A stretch of DNA of 64,000 bases from Myxococcota bacterium. GTDB lineage: Bacteria; Myxococcota_A; UBA9160; UBA6930. The stretch's first letter is position 1, and every line of letters begins with the position of its first letter. The position numbers and the translations under genes are program-made. Of this stretch, positions 1-9,623 are shown piece by piece. Location of the stretch: positions 3,168,001 through 3,232,000 of the forward strand of contig OZ245002.1 in NCBI GenBank assembly GCA_965223415.1. Reading direction: 5' to 3'. The notes under the pieces are model-generated. The model was not told the DNA's origin. It ran no database searches and saw nothing but the letters and a program-made list of their open reading frames with translations.

Positions 1-927
1 GGGTGCGCAATCGCGGATCGTCTCGTACACACCGCCCGTGACGCCCACGGCGCCGAGGGGCAGGTATCCGCTCGTGATGCCCTTGGCGAAGCTCACCAGG
101 TCCGGGCGCACGCGGTAGGTCTCCATGCCGAACCAGCTCCCGGTGCGCCCGAAGCCGGTGATCACCTCGTCCAGAATGAGCAGCACGCCGTGGCGATCGC
201 AGACGTCGCGAAGACGGTCGAAGTAGTCGTCGGGCGGCGGGATGACGCCGCCGGTGCCCATCACGGGCTCGGCGATGATCGCGGCGACCGTGTCGGCCCC
301 CTCGCGCTCGATGGCCAGCTCGATGGCGTCGGCGCACGCGATGTCGCAGGACGGCAGCGTCTGGCCCAGCTCGCAGCGGAAGCAGTAGGGCGCCGGCACC
401 TGCACGTGGAGGGGATCCGGCTCCTCGAAGATGTGATAGGCGGGAAGCCGGGTGGCGGATCCCGCCGCGCGGGTGATGCCGTGGTAGGAGTGGGCGCGGG
501 AGAGGATCTTGCGCCGCCCGGGCTCGCCGCGCACCGCGTGGTAGAGCCGGGCGATGCGGAAGTTCGTCTCGTTGGCATCGGAGCCGCCGGTGGTGAACAG
601 GAAGTGGTCGAGTTCGCTTCCGGCGGGCATGCGCTTGGCGAGGCGCTCCGCCAGGCGGATGGCCGGCTCCGTCGCGTAGTCCCAGAAGCCCGGGTAGTAG
701 GCGATCTCGCGCATCTGGGCCGCCACCGCCTCGGCGATCTCGGTGCGGCCGTGGCCCACGTTCACGTTCCACAGGCCCGACAAGCCGTCGATGAGCGTGC
801 GACCGTCGGCGAGCCGGATGCGGATACCCTCTCCGCCTTCGACGATCTTCGGCCCCTTCTTTTCGTGGCTGCGAAGCTCGGTGATCGGGTGGATCAGGTG
901 CGCGCGGTCGAGGTCGGCCAGATCCAT
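1..927 (-). CDS. Class III PLP aminotransferase (omega-amine/polyamine type), runs off window start
   Basis: Manual translation: MDLADLDRAHLIHP...IDGLSGLWNVNVGHGR...TTGGSDANE...SYHG...AEPVMGTGGV...LILDEVITGFGRTG...DLVSFAKGITSGYLPLG (class III PLP-lysine motif). Confidence 0.92.
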   Translation of the reverse strand, partial: MDLADLDRAHLIHPITELRSHEKKGPKIVEGGEGIRIRLADGRTLIDGLSGLWNVNVGHGRTEIAEAVAAQMREIAYYPGFWDYATEPAIRLAERLAKRMPAGSELDHFLFTTGGSDANETNFRIARLYHAVRGEPGRRKILSRAHSYHGITRAAGSATRLPAYHIFEEPDPLHVQVPAPYCFRCELGQTLPSCDIACADAIELAIEREGADTVAAIIAEPVMGTGGVIPPPDDYFDRLRDVCDRHGVLLILDEVITGFGRTGSWFGMETYRVRPDLVSFAKGITSGYLPLGAVGVTGGVYETIRDCAP

Positions 928-941
928 GGCTCCTCCAGTTC

Positions 942-977
942 TTTACAGATGTCCAATTTTATCGTACATTCGGACGA
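942..977 (+). promoter_or_regulatory. sigma70-like promoter TTTACA-N17-TACATT with overlapping imperfect palindrome TCGTACATTCGGACGA (probable TetR operator)
   Basis: AT-rich gap between divergent genes; the -10 ends 7 nt before the TetR ATG at 978. Confidence 0.55.
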
Positions 978-1583
978 ATGCAATCCGGGCCCGAGCCGAC
1001 GCCGACCTTGCCGCGGGGCGAGCGGAGCCGAAGGGCCATCCTGGAGGCCACCCTACGGGTGATCGCTCGCGGCGGGGTGGACGCCGTGACCCATCGCCGG
1101 GTGGCTGCGGAGGCGGGGGTCTCCCACGGCACGACGACCTACCACTTCGCCTCCCGCGACGAGATCGTCCTCGAGGCGTTCCGCTACTACATCGGGACCA
1201 TCTCGACGCTGATGGCCTCGGCCGGCGCCGAGCTGCGGGAGCCGACGCCCGAGGCGATCGTCGACTTCCTGGTCGAGCTGGTGCGGCGCGAGTTCACGGA
1301 CCCGGAGCTTCTGCTCGCCGAGTACGAGCTGATCCTGTTCGCCGCGCGGAACGAGGCCCTCGCGCGGGAGTACCGTGCGTGGCAGCGAGGACTCGACGCC
1401 CAGCTCGCGGCAGCTCTCGAGGCCTGCGGTGCGCCGCGACCGGTGGAGGCGGCGCGCCTGATCAGCTCGGTGCACCGCGCCTTCGAGCTCGAGCGGCTCA
1501 CCCTGCCCGACACGCCGGCCGAGGACCTGCGCCGTCGGCTCGAGCTGCTGCTTCCGGGCCTGCTGGCCCCCGGCTTGGAGTAA
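978..1583 (+). CDS. TetR/AcrR family regulator
   Basis: ILEATLRVIARGGVDAVTHRRVAAEAGVSHGTTTYHF helix-turn-helix. Confidence 0.93.
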   Translation: MQSGPEPTPTLPRGERSRRAILEATLRVIARGGVDAVTHRRVAAEAGVSHGTTTYHFASRDEIVLEAFRYYIGTISTLMASAGAELREPTPEAIVDFLVELVRREFTDPELLLAEYELILFAARNEALAREYRAWQRGLDAQLAAALEACGAPRPVEAARLISSVHRAFELERLTLPDTPAEDLRRRLELLLPGLLAPGLE

Positions 1584-1584
1584 C

Positions 1585-2811
1585 GTGCGACTCGTGGACC
1601 AGGAGACCTGGGCGAAGCACATCCGCGCGCAGATGGACTACGAGCGGCAGCGGGAGGGCCCGCCCGAGGGCTTTCCGGCCCTGCCGCCGATTCCGACGGG
1701 GCGCTACGTCGACCCGGACTTCTTCGCCCTGGAGCAGGAGCACCTCTGGAAGAAGGTCTGGCTGCTGGTCGGCCGCGACGAGGATTTCGAGGGGCCCGGC
1801 AGCTTCCGCACCTTCGAGCGAACCGGGTCTCCGCTGGTCGTCGTGCGCGGGAACGACGGCGTGCTGCGCGGCTTCTTCAACACCTGCCAACACCGGGGCG
1901 CCCCGGTCGTGCGCGAGCCCTGTGGCACGACGAAGCGGCTCCGCTGCCAGTACCACAGCTGGACCTACGATCTCGACGGCGCCCTCCTCCAGGTGCCCGA
2001 TCGGCGCGACTTCACCGAGCTCGACCAGGCGGGTCGCGCCCTCAAGCCGGTTCGCTGCGAGGTGTACGAGGGCTGGGTGTTCGTGAATGAGGATCCGGCG
2101 GCGCTTCCGCTGCGCGAGTGGCTCGGGCCGATCGCGGACGAGTGGTCGCCGCTCCACGGCGCGGAGCTGCGGGTCACGGGCCGCCGGGCCGAGCGCGTGC
2201 CCGCCAACTGGAAGATCGTCGCAGACGCCTTCCTCGAGACCTATCACGTGAAGACGATCCACCCCCAGACCGTCTCGAAGCTCCTCGACCACCGGGGCGC
2301 CGCCATGACGCTCTACCGCAACGGCCATTCGCGGATGGTCACGCCCAAGTGGGAGCAGGCGCTAGCGCGCCAGCGGGAGCAGGCCACGGCGCTTCCCTCG
2401 ATCCCGGGCCTCGACCCGCTCTGGTCCGAGACGAACCCGGCCTACAGCCTCTTCCCGAACCTCATCACACCCCTCGACACGATCGGCTTCCCCTTCATCC
2501 TGTTCTGGCCGGTCGACGCAGAGACGACCGACGTCGAGTGGACCTTCTACGGCCCGCCGCCAGAGACGCCGGAGGTGGAGAAGCTCTGGGAGCTCTTCGT
2601 GCAGGTCTTCGACGGGGTCATGAACGAGGACTTCACGAACCTGGCGCCCATGCACCGCTCCGTGGCCTCGGGAGGCCTCGCGTCGATTCCGCTCAGCTAC
2701 CAGGAGCGCCGTATCTACCATCTCCACGAGGAGATCGACCGCGTCATCGGCCCGGAACGAATCCCCGAAGCCCTGCAGATCGCCCCACGCCTCGAGCCCT
2801 TTTGGACGTGA
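1585..2811 (+). CDS. Rieske non-heme iron oxygenase alpha subunit
   Basis: CQHRG...CQYHSW Rieske motif; NWK, ETYHVKTIH and NED mononuclear Fe ligands. Confidence 0.93.
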   Translation: MRLVDQETWAKHIRAQMDYERQREGPPEGFPALPPIPTGRYVDPDFFALEQEHLWKKVWLLVGRDEDFEGPGSFRTFERTGSPLVVVRGNDGVLRGFFNTCQHRGAPVVREPCGTTKRLRCQYHSWTYDLDGALLQVPDRRDFTELDQAGRALKPVRCEVYEGWVFVNEDPAALPLREWLGPIADEWSPLHGAELRVTGRRAERVPANWKIVADAFLETYHVKTIHPQTVSKLLDHRGAAMTLYRNGHSRMVTPKWEQALARQREQATALPSIPGLDPLWSETNPAYSLFPNLITPLDTIGFPFILFWPVDAETTDVEWTFYGPPPETPEVEKLWELFVQVFDGVMNEDFTNLAPMHRSVASGGLASIPLSYQERRIYHLHEEIDRVIGPERIPEALQIAPRLEPFWT

Positions 2812-2838
2812 AGAAGCGGGGCTCTGAGCCCCGTTTCT
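2812..2838. terminator. Hairpin between convergent genes (terminator or REP-like)
   Basis: AGAAGCGGGGCTC-T-GAGCCCCGTTTCT inverted repeat. Confidence 0.5.
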
Positions 2839-3604
2839 AGACTCCAGGGTGGGCGGCGAGCATGCCGCCGTCGACCAGGTAGGTGGCGCCGGTGCAGAAG
2901 GCGGATTCGTCCGAGGCCAGGAACACGGCCATGGCGGCGATGTCGGTGCCCAGGCCCATGCGGCCGAGGGGAGACATGTTCTCGAAGGCCTCGCGGATCT
3001 CCGGGGAGGCGTCGGCGAGGGGGAGGGTGAGGCCCGACTCGACGGCGCCGGGGGCGATCGCGTTGCAGCGGATGCCGACGCCGGCCCGCGCGCAGTGCAC
3101 CGCCACGGCGCGCGTCAGGCTGCACACCGCTCCCTTGCTGGCCGAGTAGGTCGGGTCGGAGGGGATGGAGGCGAAGGCGGAGGTGGATGCCACGTTGATG
3201 AGCGAGCCGCCGGCGCCCTCCGGGTTGCGGCGCATGGCGGCGACGCCGCGCTGACAGCCGAGCATCACGCCGGTCAGGTTGACGTCGAGCACGCGGTGCC
3301 ATTCCTCCAGCTCGAGCTGCTCGATGTCCTGGCGACCGACGATGCCGGCGTTGTTCATCAGCACGTCGAGGCGACCGAAGCGCTCCCGGGTCGCGGCCAC
3401 GACCGCGTCCCAGTCGTCCGCCCGGGAAACGTCCTGGGGGAGGAACACCGCGTCGGACTCCCTCGCCACGGCTTCGCCCTTCTCCTGCTGCACGTCCGTG
3501 AAGACGACCCGAGCGCCTTCCTCCACGAAGCGCCGCACCGTGGCCTCGCCCATGCCGGAGGCTCCGCCCGTCACCAGGGCGACCTTGTCGCGCAGTCGAT
3601 CCAT
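2837..3604 (-). CDS. SDR oxidoreductase, 3beta/17beta-hydroxysteroid dehydrogenase-like
   Basis: TGGASGMG, NNAG, YSASK; overall resemblance to Comamonas 3beta/17beta-HSD (from memory). Confidence 0.88.
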   Translation of the reverse strand: MDRLRDKVALVTGGASGMGEATVRRFVEEGARVVFTDVQQEKGEAVARESDAVFLPQDVSRADDWDAVVAATRERFGRLDVLMNNAGIVGRQDIEQLELEEWHRVLDVNLTGVMLGCQRGVAAMRRNPEGAGGSLINVASTSAFASIPSDPTYSASKGAVCSLTRAVAVHCARAGVGIRCNAIAPGAVESGLTLPLADASPEIREAFENMSPLGRMGLGTDIAAMAVFLASDESAFCTGATYLVDGGMLAAHPGV

Positions 3605-3643
3605 GGGCCCAGGTTATCGCAGTGGATGTGCCACCATACGGAG

Positions 3644-5461
3644 ATGGTCACGCGACTCGCCTTCTCCTGCGTCCTCCTGCTCGCCGGCTCATCCGGCGCC
3701 GAGACCACCTACTCGCCTCATGCCGGCGCCTCGTTCGCGCGCGACGTCTACTGGGGCGATACCCATCTCCATTCCCATCTCTCCCTCGACGCGAACATGA
3801 TGGGCAATCGGAGCCTGAGCCCTTCGGATGCCTTCCGCTTCGCCCGCGGCGAGCAGATCACCGCCCACAACGGCATGGCCGTGAAGCTGCGGCGTCCCCT
3901 CGACTTCCTCGTCGTCTCGGACCATGCCGAGTACCTGGGCGTCATGGAGGGCCTCGGCCGCGGCGACGAGCTGCTGCTCCAGAACGAGACGGCCCGTCGT
4001 TGGGGTGCGGCCCTGGCGAAGGGCGAGCCGACCCCCTTCCAGGAGTTCGCCGATTCGCTCATGCGCAACCAGAGCGCCATCGAGCACCCGGACTTCTATC
4101 GCTCGGTCTGGAAGCAGGTCGTCGAGAACGCGGATTCCTTCGACGATCCCGGTCACTTCACGGCGTTCATCGGCTACGAGTGGACGTCGACACCCCAGGG
4201 CAACAACCTCCACCGCATCGTGCTGTTCCGCGACGGTGGTGACAAGGCCGGGCAGGTCCTTCCCTTCAGCTCCCTCGACAGCGACGACCCGGAGGACCTG
4301 TGGGCCTTCCTGGCGCGCTACGAGCAGGAGACCGGCGGCCAGGCCTTCTCGATCCCCCACAACTCCAACCTGAGCGGCGGGCTCATGTTCCCGGACGCCC
4401 GCCCGGACGGGCAGCCCCTCGGCCGCGACTACGCGGAGCTGCGCGCCCGCTGGGAGCCGATCGTCGAGGCGACCCAGTACAAGGGCGACAGCGAGACCCA
4501 CCCCTACCTCTCTCCGGAGGACGAGCTCGCCGACTACGAGACCTGGGACCAGGCCAACATCGGCATGAACGCGAAGCACGAGGACGCCTGGTTCCGCCAC
4601 GAGTACGTGCGCTCGGCCCTGAAGCTGGGCCTCGGCATCGAGGCGAGCGTCGGCGCCAACCCCTACCGCTTCGGCCTGATCGGCAGCACCGACGCCCACA
4701 CCTCGTTGGCCACTGCCGACGAGGACGACTTCTGGGGCAAGTTCACCAACGACGAGCCCTCCCCGAAGCGTTGGAGCCAGCCGCTGGTGCCGAATTCGGA
4801 ACTCCCGTGGATGGTCTACGAGTGGCAGATGGCCGCCTCGGGCTACGCGGCGGTGTGGGCGACCGAGAACACCCGGGCCGCTCTCTTCGATGCCATGCGC
4901 CGCCGGGAGACCTACGCCACCACCGGGCCTCGCATGGTGGTGCGCCTCTTCGGCGGCTGGGGCTTCGAGGAGGCGGATGCGCACACGCCGGACCTGGCTC
5001 GCCGGGGCTACGCCAAGGGCGTGCCCATGGGCGGCGTCCTGCCGGCTCGGGAGGGTGATGCGGCCCCGACTTTCCTGGTCTCGGCGCTCAAGGATCCCGA
5101 GGGCGCCAACCTGGCCCGCGTCCAGGTCGTGAAGGGCTGGCGGGCCGCCGACGGCAGCCTGCACGAGAAGGTCCACGACGTCGCCGTCGCCGACGGCGCC
5201 GACGACACCACCGTCGACGTGGCCGACGCCAGCTACACGAACACGATCGGCTCCGTGCAGCTGACCACGGTGTGGCGGGACCCGGAGTTCGATCCCGCCC
5301 AGCCCGCCTTCTACTACCTGCGGGTGGTCGAGATCCCGACGCCCCGCTGGACCTCCCACGATGCCAAGGCCTTCGGGATCGAGCTGCCGCCGGAGGTGCC
5401 TCGCACCACCCGGGAGCGGGCCTACACGTCGCCGATCTGGTACTCGCCGTCGGCGCCGTGA
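3644..5461 (+). CDS. Secreted DUF3604 (PHP-like metallohydrolase) protein, paralog 1
   Basis: Signal peptide; WGDTHLHS, LDFLVVSDHAE, GYEWT, NLHR, IPHNSN, GSTDAH, YATTGPR, ERAYTSPIWY. Start trimmed from ORF 2849..5461. Confidence 0.88.
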   Translation: MVTRLAFSCVLLLAGSSGAETTYSPHAGASFARDVYWGDTHLHSHLSLDANMMGNRSLSPSDAFRFARGEQITAHNGMAVKLRRPLDFLVVSDHAEYLGVMEGLGRGDELLLQNETARRWGAALAKGEPTPFQEFADSLMRNQSAIEHPDFYRSVWKQVVENADSFDDPGHFTAFIGYEWTSTPQGNNLHRIVLFRDGGDKAGQVLPFSSLDSDDPEDLWAFLARYEQETGGQAFSIPHNSNLSGGLMFPDARPDGQPLGRDYAELRARWEPIVEATQYKGDSETHPYLSPEDELADYETWDQANIGMNAKHEDAWFRHEYVRSALKLGLGIEASVGANPYRFGLIGSTDAHTSLATADEDDFWGKFTNDEPSPKRWSQPLVPNSELPWMVYEWQMAASGYAAVWATENTRAALFDAMRRRETYATTGPRMVVRLFGGWGFEEADAHTPDLARRGYAKGVPMGGVLPAREGDAAPTFLVSALKDPEGANLARVQVVKGWRAADGSLHEKVHDVAVADGADDTTVDVADASYTNTIGSVQLTTVWRDPEFDPAQPAFYYLRVVEIPTPRWTSHDAKAFGIELPPEVPRTTRERAYTSPIWYSPSAP

Positions 5462-5491
5462 CGCTATGCTCCGGCGCTTCAAGGAGGCTCC

Positions 5492-6895
5492 ATGTCCGAC
5501 TTCACGCTCACCGTCGCCGGCGAAGCCGCGCCCACCCACGCCACCCTCGACGTGGTCAACCCGGCCACGGGCAAGCCCTTCGCCGCCTGCCCCGATGCCA
5601 CGCAGGGGCAGCTGGACACGGCGCTTTCCGCCGCCCAGGATGCCTTCCGCACCTGGCGCGAGGACGAAGCGGCCCGCCGCGCCGCCCTCGGCGCCTGCGC
5701 AGGGGCCCTCCAGGCCGCCGCGCCGGAGATCGGCCGCGTCCTCACCCAGGAGCAGGGCAAGCCCCTCGAGGCCGCTGTGAACGAGGTGATGGGCGCCGCC
5801 GGTTGGTTCGGCCTGACGGCAGGCCTGCCCCTCGAGAACGAGGTCCTCCAGGACGACGACGAGCTGCGCATCGAGCTGCACCGGAAGCCCCTCGGCGTGG
5901 TCGGCGCGATCACGCCGTGGAACTTCCCGATCATCCTCGCGGTGTGGAAGATCGCGCCGGCGCTGCTGGCCGGGAACACCCTCGTGCTCAAGCCCTCGCC
6001 TTTCACGCCACTCTCGAGCCTGAAGATGGGCGAGGTGCTGCGCGAGACCCTCCCGCCCGGCGTGTTCAGCGTTCTGTCCGGCGGCGACGACCTCGGCAAG
6101 TGGATCTGCGAGCACCCGGCGGTGCGCAAGATCTCCTTCACCGGCTCCGTCGCCACCGGGAAGAAGATCCAGGAGACCGCGGCGCCGGACCTGAAGCGCG
6201 TCACCCTCGAGCTCGGTGGCAACGATCCCGCCATCGTGCTGGGCGACGTGGACCCGAAGGCCGTGGCGAAGAAGGTCTTCGAGGCGGCCTTCGCCAACTC
6301 GGGCCAGGTGTGCGTCGCGGTGAAGCGCCTCTACGTCGACGAGTCCATCTACGGGGACGTGCTCTCCGAGGTGACCGAGCTGGCCAGGGGCGCGAAGTTC
6401 GGCGACGGCTTCGAGGAGGGCGTCCAGTACGGCCCCATCAACAATGAGCCCCAGTTCGAGCGCGTGCGGGAGCTGGTGGACGACGCCAGGGCCTCCGGTG
6501 GGAAGGTCCTGACCGGGGGCGAGCCGATGGGCCGCGACGGCTTCTTCTATGCGCCCACCATCGTGAGCGACGTGGCCGAGGGCGTGCGCCTCGTGGACGA
6601 GGAGCAATTCGGGCCCGCGCTTCCGGTGATGCCCTTCCGCGACGTGGACGACGCCATCGAGCGTGCCAACGGAACGCACTTCGGCCTCGGTGGCTCGGTC
6701 TGGACCTCCGACACGCGTCGCGGCGCCGACCTGGCCCGCCGTCTGGAGTGCGGCACCGGCTGGGTGAACCAGCACCTGAACCTGGTGCCGAACGCGCCCT
6801 TCGGCGGCTCCAAGTGGTCGGGCATCGGCTACGAGAACGGTCCGTGGGGGCTGGCCGCCTTCACCGAGCTGCAGGTGATCAATATCGCCAAGTGA
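5492..6895 (+). CDS. NAD(P)-dependent aldehyde dehydrogenase
   Basis: ITPWNFP, FTGS, LELGGND, GQVC, EEQFGP, PFGGSKWSG. Confidence 0.95.
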   Translation: MSDFTLTVAGEAAPTHATLDVVNPATGKPFAACPDATQGQLDTALSAAQDAFRTWREDEAARRAALGACAGALQAAAPEIGRVLTQEQGKPLEAAVNEVMGAAGWFGLTAGLPLENEVLQDDDELRIELHRKPLGVVGAITPWNFPIILAVWKIAPALLAGNTLVLKPSPFTPLSSLKMGEVLRETLPPGVFSVLSGGDDLGKWICEHPAVRKISFTGSVATGKKIQETAAPDLKRVTLELGGNDPAIVLGDVDPKAVAKKVFEAAFANSGQVCVAVKRLYVDESIYGDVLSEVTELARGAKFGDGFEEGVQYGPINNEPQFERVRELVDDARASGGKVLTGGEPMGRDGFFYAPTIVSDVAEGVRLVDEEQFGPALPVMPFRDVDDAIERANGTHFGLGGSVWTSDTRRGADLARRLECGTGWVNQHLNLVPNAPFGGSKWSGIGYENGPWGLAAFTELQVINIAK

Positions 6896-7344
6896 GCCTC
6901 ATCGCCCAGAGCGTGACCATCGAGCGGCCGCCCGAGGCGGTCTTCGACTTCGCCAGCACCGCGGGTCACTGGCCCGAGTGGCATCCGGCGACCGAGTCCG
7001 TCACCGGGGCGATCGATCACCCGGCCCGGGTCGGCGAGGAGATCCTCGAGCGGATCCGCGTGGGCCCGCTGCGCAGCACCACCCGGTGGACCGTCGAGCG
7101 CTGCGAGCGGCCGGGGCTCTGGCAGATCGCCAGCGAGCATCCGCAGCGGGGGATCCGATCCCGGATTGCCTATCGATGCTCGTCGGTCACCGCCGGGACG
7201 CGCTTCGAGCGGCGCCTCGAGTACGAGCTGGGCGGCATCTTCCGGCTCCTCGATGCCCTCGTCCTGCGCCGGAGGAACCGGCGCCAGTCGCGCCGGGCTC
7301 TCGCGAACCTGAAGCGGCGGCTCGAGGGGGAGGGGGCTCGATGA
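6892..7344 (+). CDS. SRPBCC/polyketide cyclase family protein
   Basis: GTGA overlap with ALDH stop; SVTIERPPEAVFDF...WPEWHP. Confidence 0.8.
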   Translation: MSLIAQSVTIERPPEAVFDFASTAGHWPEWHPATESVTGAIDHPARVGEEILERIRVGPLRSTTRWTVERCERPGLWQIASEHPQRGIRSRIAYRCSSVTAGTRFERRLEYELGGIFRLLDALVLRRRNRRQSRRALANLKRRLEGEGAR

Positions 7345-7365
7345 GGTCGGGCCGGCTTCGGGAAG

Positions 7366-8289
7366 TCAGTCCTTCCGCTCGCGGGCTTCCGCCACGGTCT
7401 CCCGCATCCGATCCGCGACCTCGGGGCCCAGGCCCAACGAAGCCAGCTCGGCCACCACGTCGGTCTCGGGTGCTTCGGCCGCCTCGTCGACCGCTTCGTA
7501 GGCGAAGCGGTCCGCCAGGGCGAGCACCCGGGCGAGCCGCTCGCAGGTCGGCCCGCTCTCGGAGGGGTCGTGATGAACTGCGATGGCCTCCGCCAGGTGG
7601 GCCGGCAGGGCCCAGCCCTGGGCGAGCCGCGCACCCAGGGCGGCGTGCAGGGAGCCCAGGAGTCGCTCCAGCGTGGCGCTGCGGACCTTGCGGCGGCCCC
7701 GGGAGCGGCGGCGCACGTCGCCGGCGAAAGAGAGGATCACGGCGCGGCCGACGTCGTGGAGCAGCCCGCCCAGGAAGCCCAGGTCGGGATCCTCGCCGGC
7801 CTCCGCTGCCAGCTCCTGGGCCACCGCGGCGCAGAGCTGCACGTGCTGCCAGAGCGCTTCCACCTCCTTCTCGAAGCCCGGAGCCCGGAACACCCGCGCC
7901 TGGAGCGCCGCGGCGAAGACCGCGTTGCGCGCGTCGCGCAGTCCCATGCGCACGATGGCATCCTCGAGCGCGTGCACCGGCTCGAGACCGCGATAGAAGG
8001 CGCCGTTGGCGACCGAGAGGATCCGGCTCGAGAGCGCCGGGTCGCGCTCCACCGCCGCGGCCAGGTCCGGAACGCCGCAGTCCGGGTCCTCCATCAGCCG
8101 CTGGACGCGGAGCGCCGTCTCCGGCATCGGTGGCAGGCTGACGCCCTGGTCGCCGATGGCCTCCGCGAGCAGACCGAAGAGCTCCCGGTCGCCTTCGTCC
8201 CGGGTTCGCGAGAGGTCCTGCAGCAGCTCGGTGGCCAATCGAGCCATCACCCGGTCCATCGTCTGCCCCGCATCGCTGACCGCTTCCAC
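7366..8289 (-). CDS. Stand-alone HDOD domain protein (start uncertain, 8259 or 8289)
   Basis: LPPMP, ERDPALSSRILSVAN, AIVRMG, GLLHDVG, WALP..AIAVHH. Confidence 0.85.
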   Translation of the reverse strand: MEAVSDAGQTMDRVMARLATELLQDLSRTRDEGDRELFGLLAEAIGDQGVSLPPMPETALRVQRLMEDPDCGVPDLAAAVERDPALSSRILSVANGAFYRGLEPVHALEDAIVRMGLRDARNAVFAAALQARVFRAPGFEKEVEALWQHVQLCAAVAQELAAEAGEDPDLGFLGGLLHDVGRAVILSFAGDVRRRSRGRRKVRSATLERLLGSLHAALGARLAQGWALPAHLAEAIAVHHDPSESGPTCERLARVLALADRFAYEAVDEAAEAPETDVVAELASLGLGPEVADRMRETVAEARERKD

Positions 8290-8413
8290 GAGGGCGGCAA
8301 CGGCGCTCCGGCGCCGGTGCTTGAGGCCGATGAGCCGCCTCCCGCGCCTCCCAGGCCGCTTCCTGGAGGCTTCGCACCGCGCGTCCCCGGGGCTTCGCCC
8401 CAACCGTTCGGGT

Positions 8414-9619
8414 TCAGGTCCCGATCGGCTTCGAGGGGGTGAAGCGCACAGGCATCTCCTCGATCCCCACGATGAAGTTCGACGGACGCAGCGGCAGCGG
8501 CTCGTCGGTGGCCAGCTCCAGGTCCGGGAGCCTGCGGTGCAGCTCCTCGAACATGATCCGCAGCTCGAGCCGGGCCAGGCTGGCGCCAAGGCAGTGATGG
8601 GTGCCGTAGCCGCCGAAGGCGACGTGGTTGTTGGGCGCGCGGCCGGTGTCGAAACGATCGGGCTCGTCGAAGGCGCGCGAATCGCGGTTGGCGGACGGGT
8701 AAAGGAGCAGCAGCTTGTCCCCCTCGCGGATGCGCTGGCCGCGCAGCTCCGTGTCCCGGGTGGCCGTGCGGTTCATGTTCTTGATCGGCGACACCCAGCG
8801 CAGCAGCTCTTCCACCGCCGTCGGCAGGAGCGAGGGGTCGGCGGCCAGGCGAGCTCGCTGGTCCGGGTGCTGCATCAGGGCGAGGGCGCCCTCGGTGATG
8901 ACGTGGCGGGTCGTCTCGTCGCCGCCCACCAGGATCAGCAGGGACTCGTGGGCGATCTCGTCGTCGCTGAGCCGGTCGCCTTCGATCTCCGCGTGGACGA
9001 GCACCGAGACCAGGTCGTCGGTCGGCTTCGCCTTGCGCCCGGCGATGGTTTCGGCGGCGTAGCTGAAGTACTCGGTGCCGGCCTTGCCGGCCGCCTCGAT
9101 CTCCTCCTGGGTGGCCGTCGACGAGGTGGCCTGGAGCATCGTCTCGGACCAGCGCAGCAGGGTCTCGAAATCCTCGGGCGGCATGCCCAGCATGTCGCCG
9201 ATCATGATGAGGGGAAGGGGCGCGGCGATGTCGCGCACGAACTCGCACTCGCCGCGCTCGCAGACCGCGTCGATGAGGCGGGTGCAGATCTCGCGAACCT
9301 TCGGCTCGTGATCCTCGAGCCGCCTCGGCGTGAAACCCCGGTTCACCAGGTTGCGGCGCCGCTTGTGCTCCGGATCGTCCATGTTGATCATGGACGGCAC
9401 CCAGCTGTCCGGCCGCGAGCCCTTGCCGGAGCAGAAGAGCTCCGGCGTCTTCGAGACCTGCATCACGTCCTCGTGGAGCGAGACTCCCCAGATCTCGCTG
9501 GAGGGGTCCCAGTACACGGCCGCGTTCTCCCGCATCCAGGCGAAGTGCTCGAGCGGGCGGTCCGTGTAGAAGCCCCCGTCGAGCAGCCGGATCTCCTCGC
9601 GAACGGGATGGTCGGGCAC
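8414..9619 (-). CDS. Cytochrome P450, CYP142-like (steroid side-chain C26 monooxygenase family)
   Basis: GGDETT I-helix, EELLRW, FGGYGTHHCLG; IDAVCERGECEFVRDIAAPLP and LPLRPSNF recall mycobacterial CYP142. Confidence 0.93.
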   Translation of the reverse strand: MPDHPVREEIRLLDGGFYTDRPLEHFAWMRENAAVYWDPSSEIWGVSLHEDVMQVSKTPELFCSGKGSRPDSWVPSMINMDDPEHKRRRNLVNRGFTPRRLEDHEPKVREICTRLIDAVCERGECEFVRDIAAPLPLIMIGDMLGMPPEDFETLLRWSETMLQATSSTATQEEIEAAGKAGTEYFSYAAETIAGRKAKPTDDLVSVLVHAEIEGDRLSDDEIAHESLLILVGGDETTRHVITEGALALMQHPDQRARLAADPSLLPTAVEELLRWVSPIKNMNRTATRDTELRGQRIREGDKLLLLYPSANRDSRAFDEPDRFDTGRAPNNHVAFGGYGTHHCLGASLARLELRIMFEELHRRLPDLELATDEPLPLRPSNFIVGIEEMPVRFTPSKPIGT

Positions 9620-9623
9620 CGTT

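Noticed and set aside
190..1062. 290-aa plus-strand ORF
   Set aside because: Antisense to the aminotransferase, which the track missed because it runs off the window edge
2849..3643. Long N-terminal extensions in the ORF track (also 17120..20203, 36105..39602, 23270..25873, 56586..59105)
   Set aside because: The extensions overlap real neighbouring genes; starts were trimmed to signal peptides, SD sites or stop/start overlaps, so these are not fusions
3689..6775. 1028-aa minus-strand ORF
   Set aside because: Antisense to DUF3604 and ALDH
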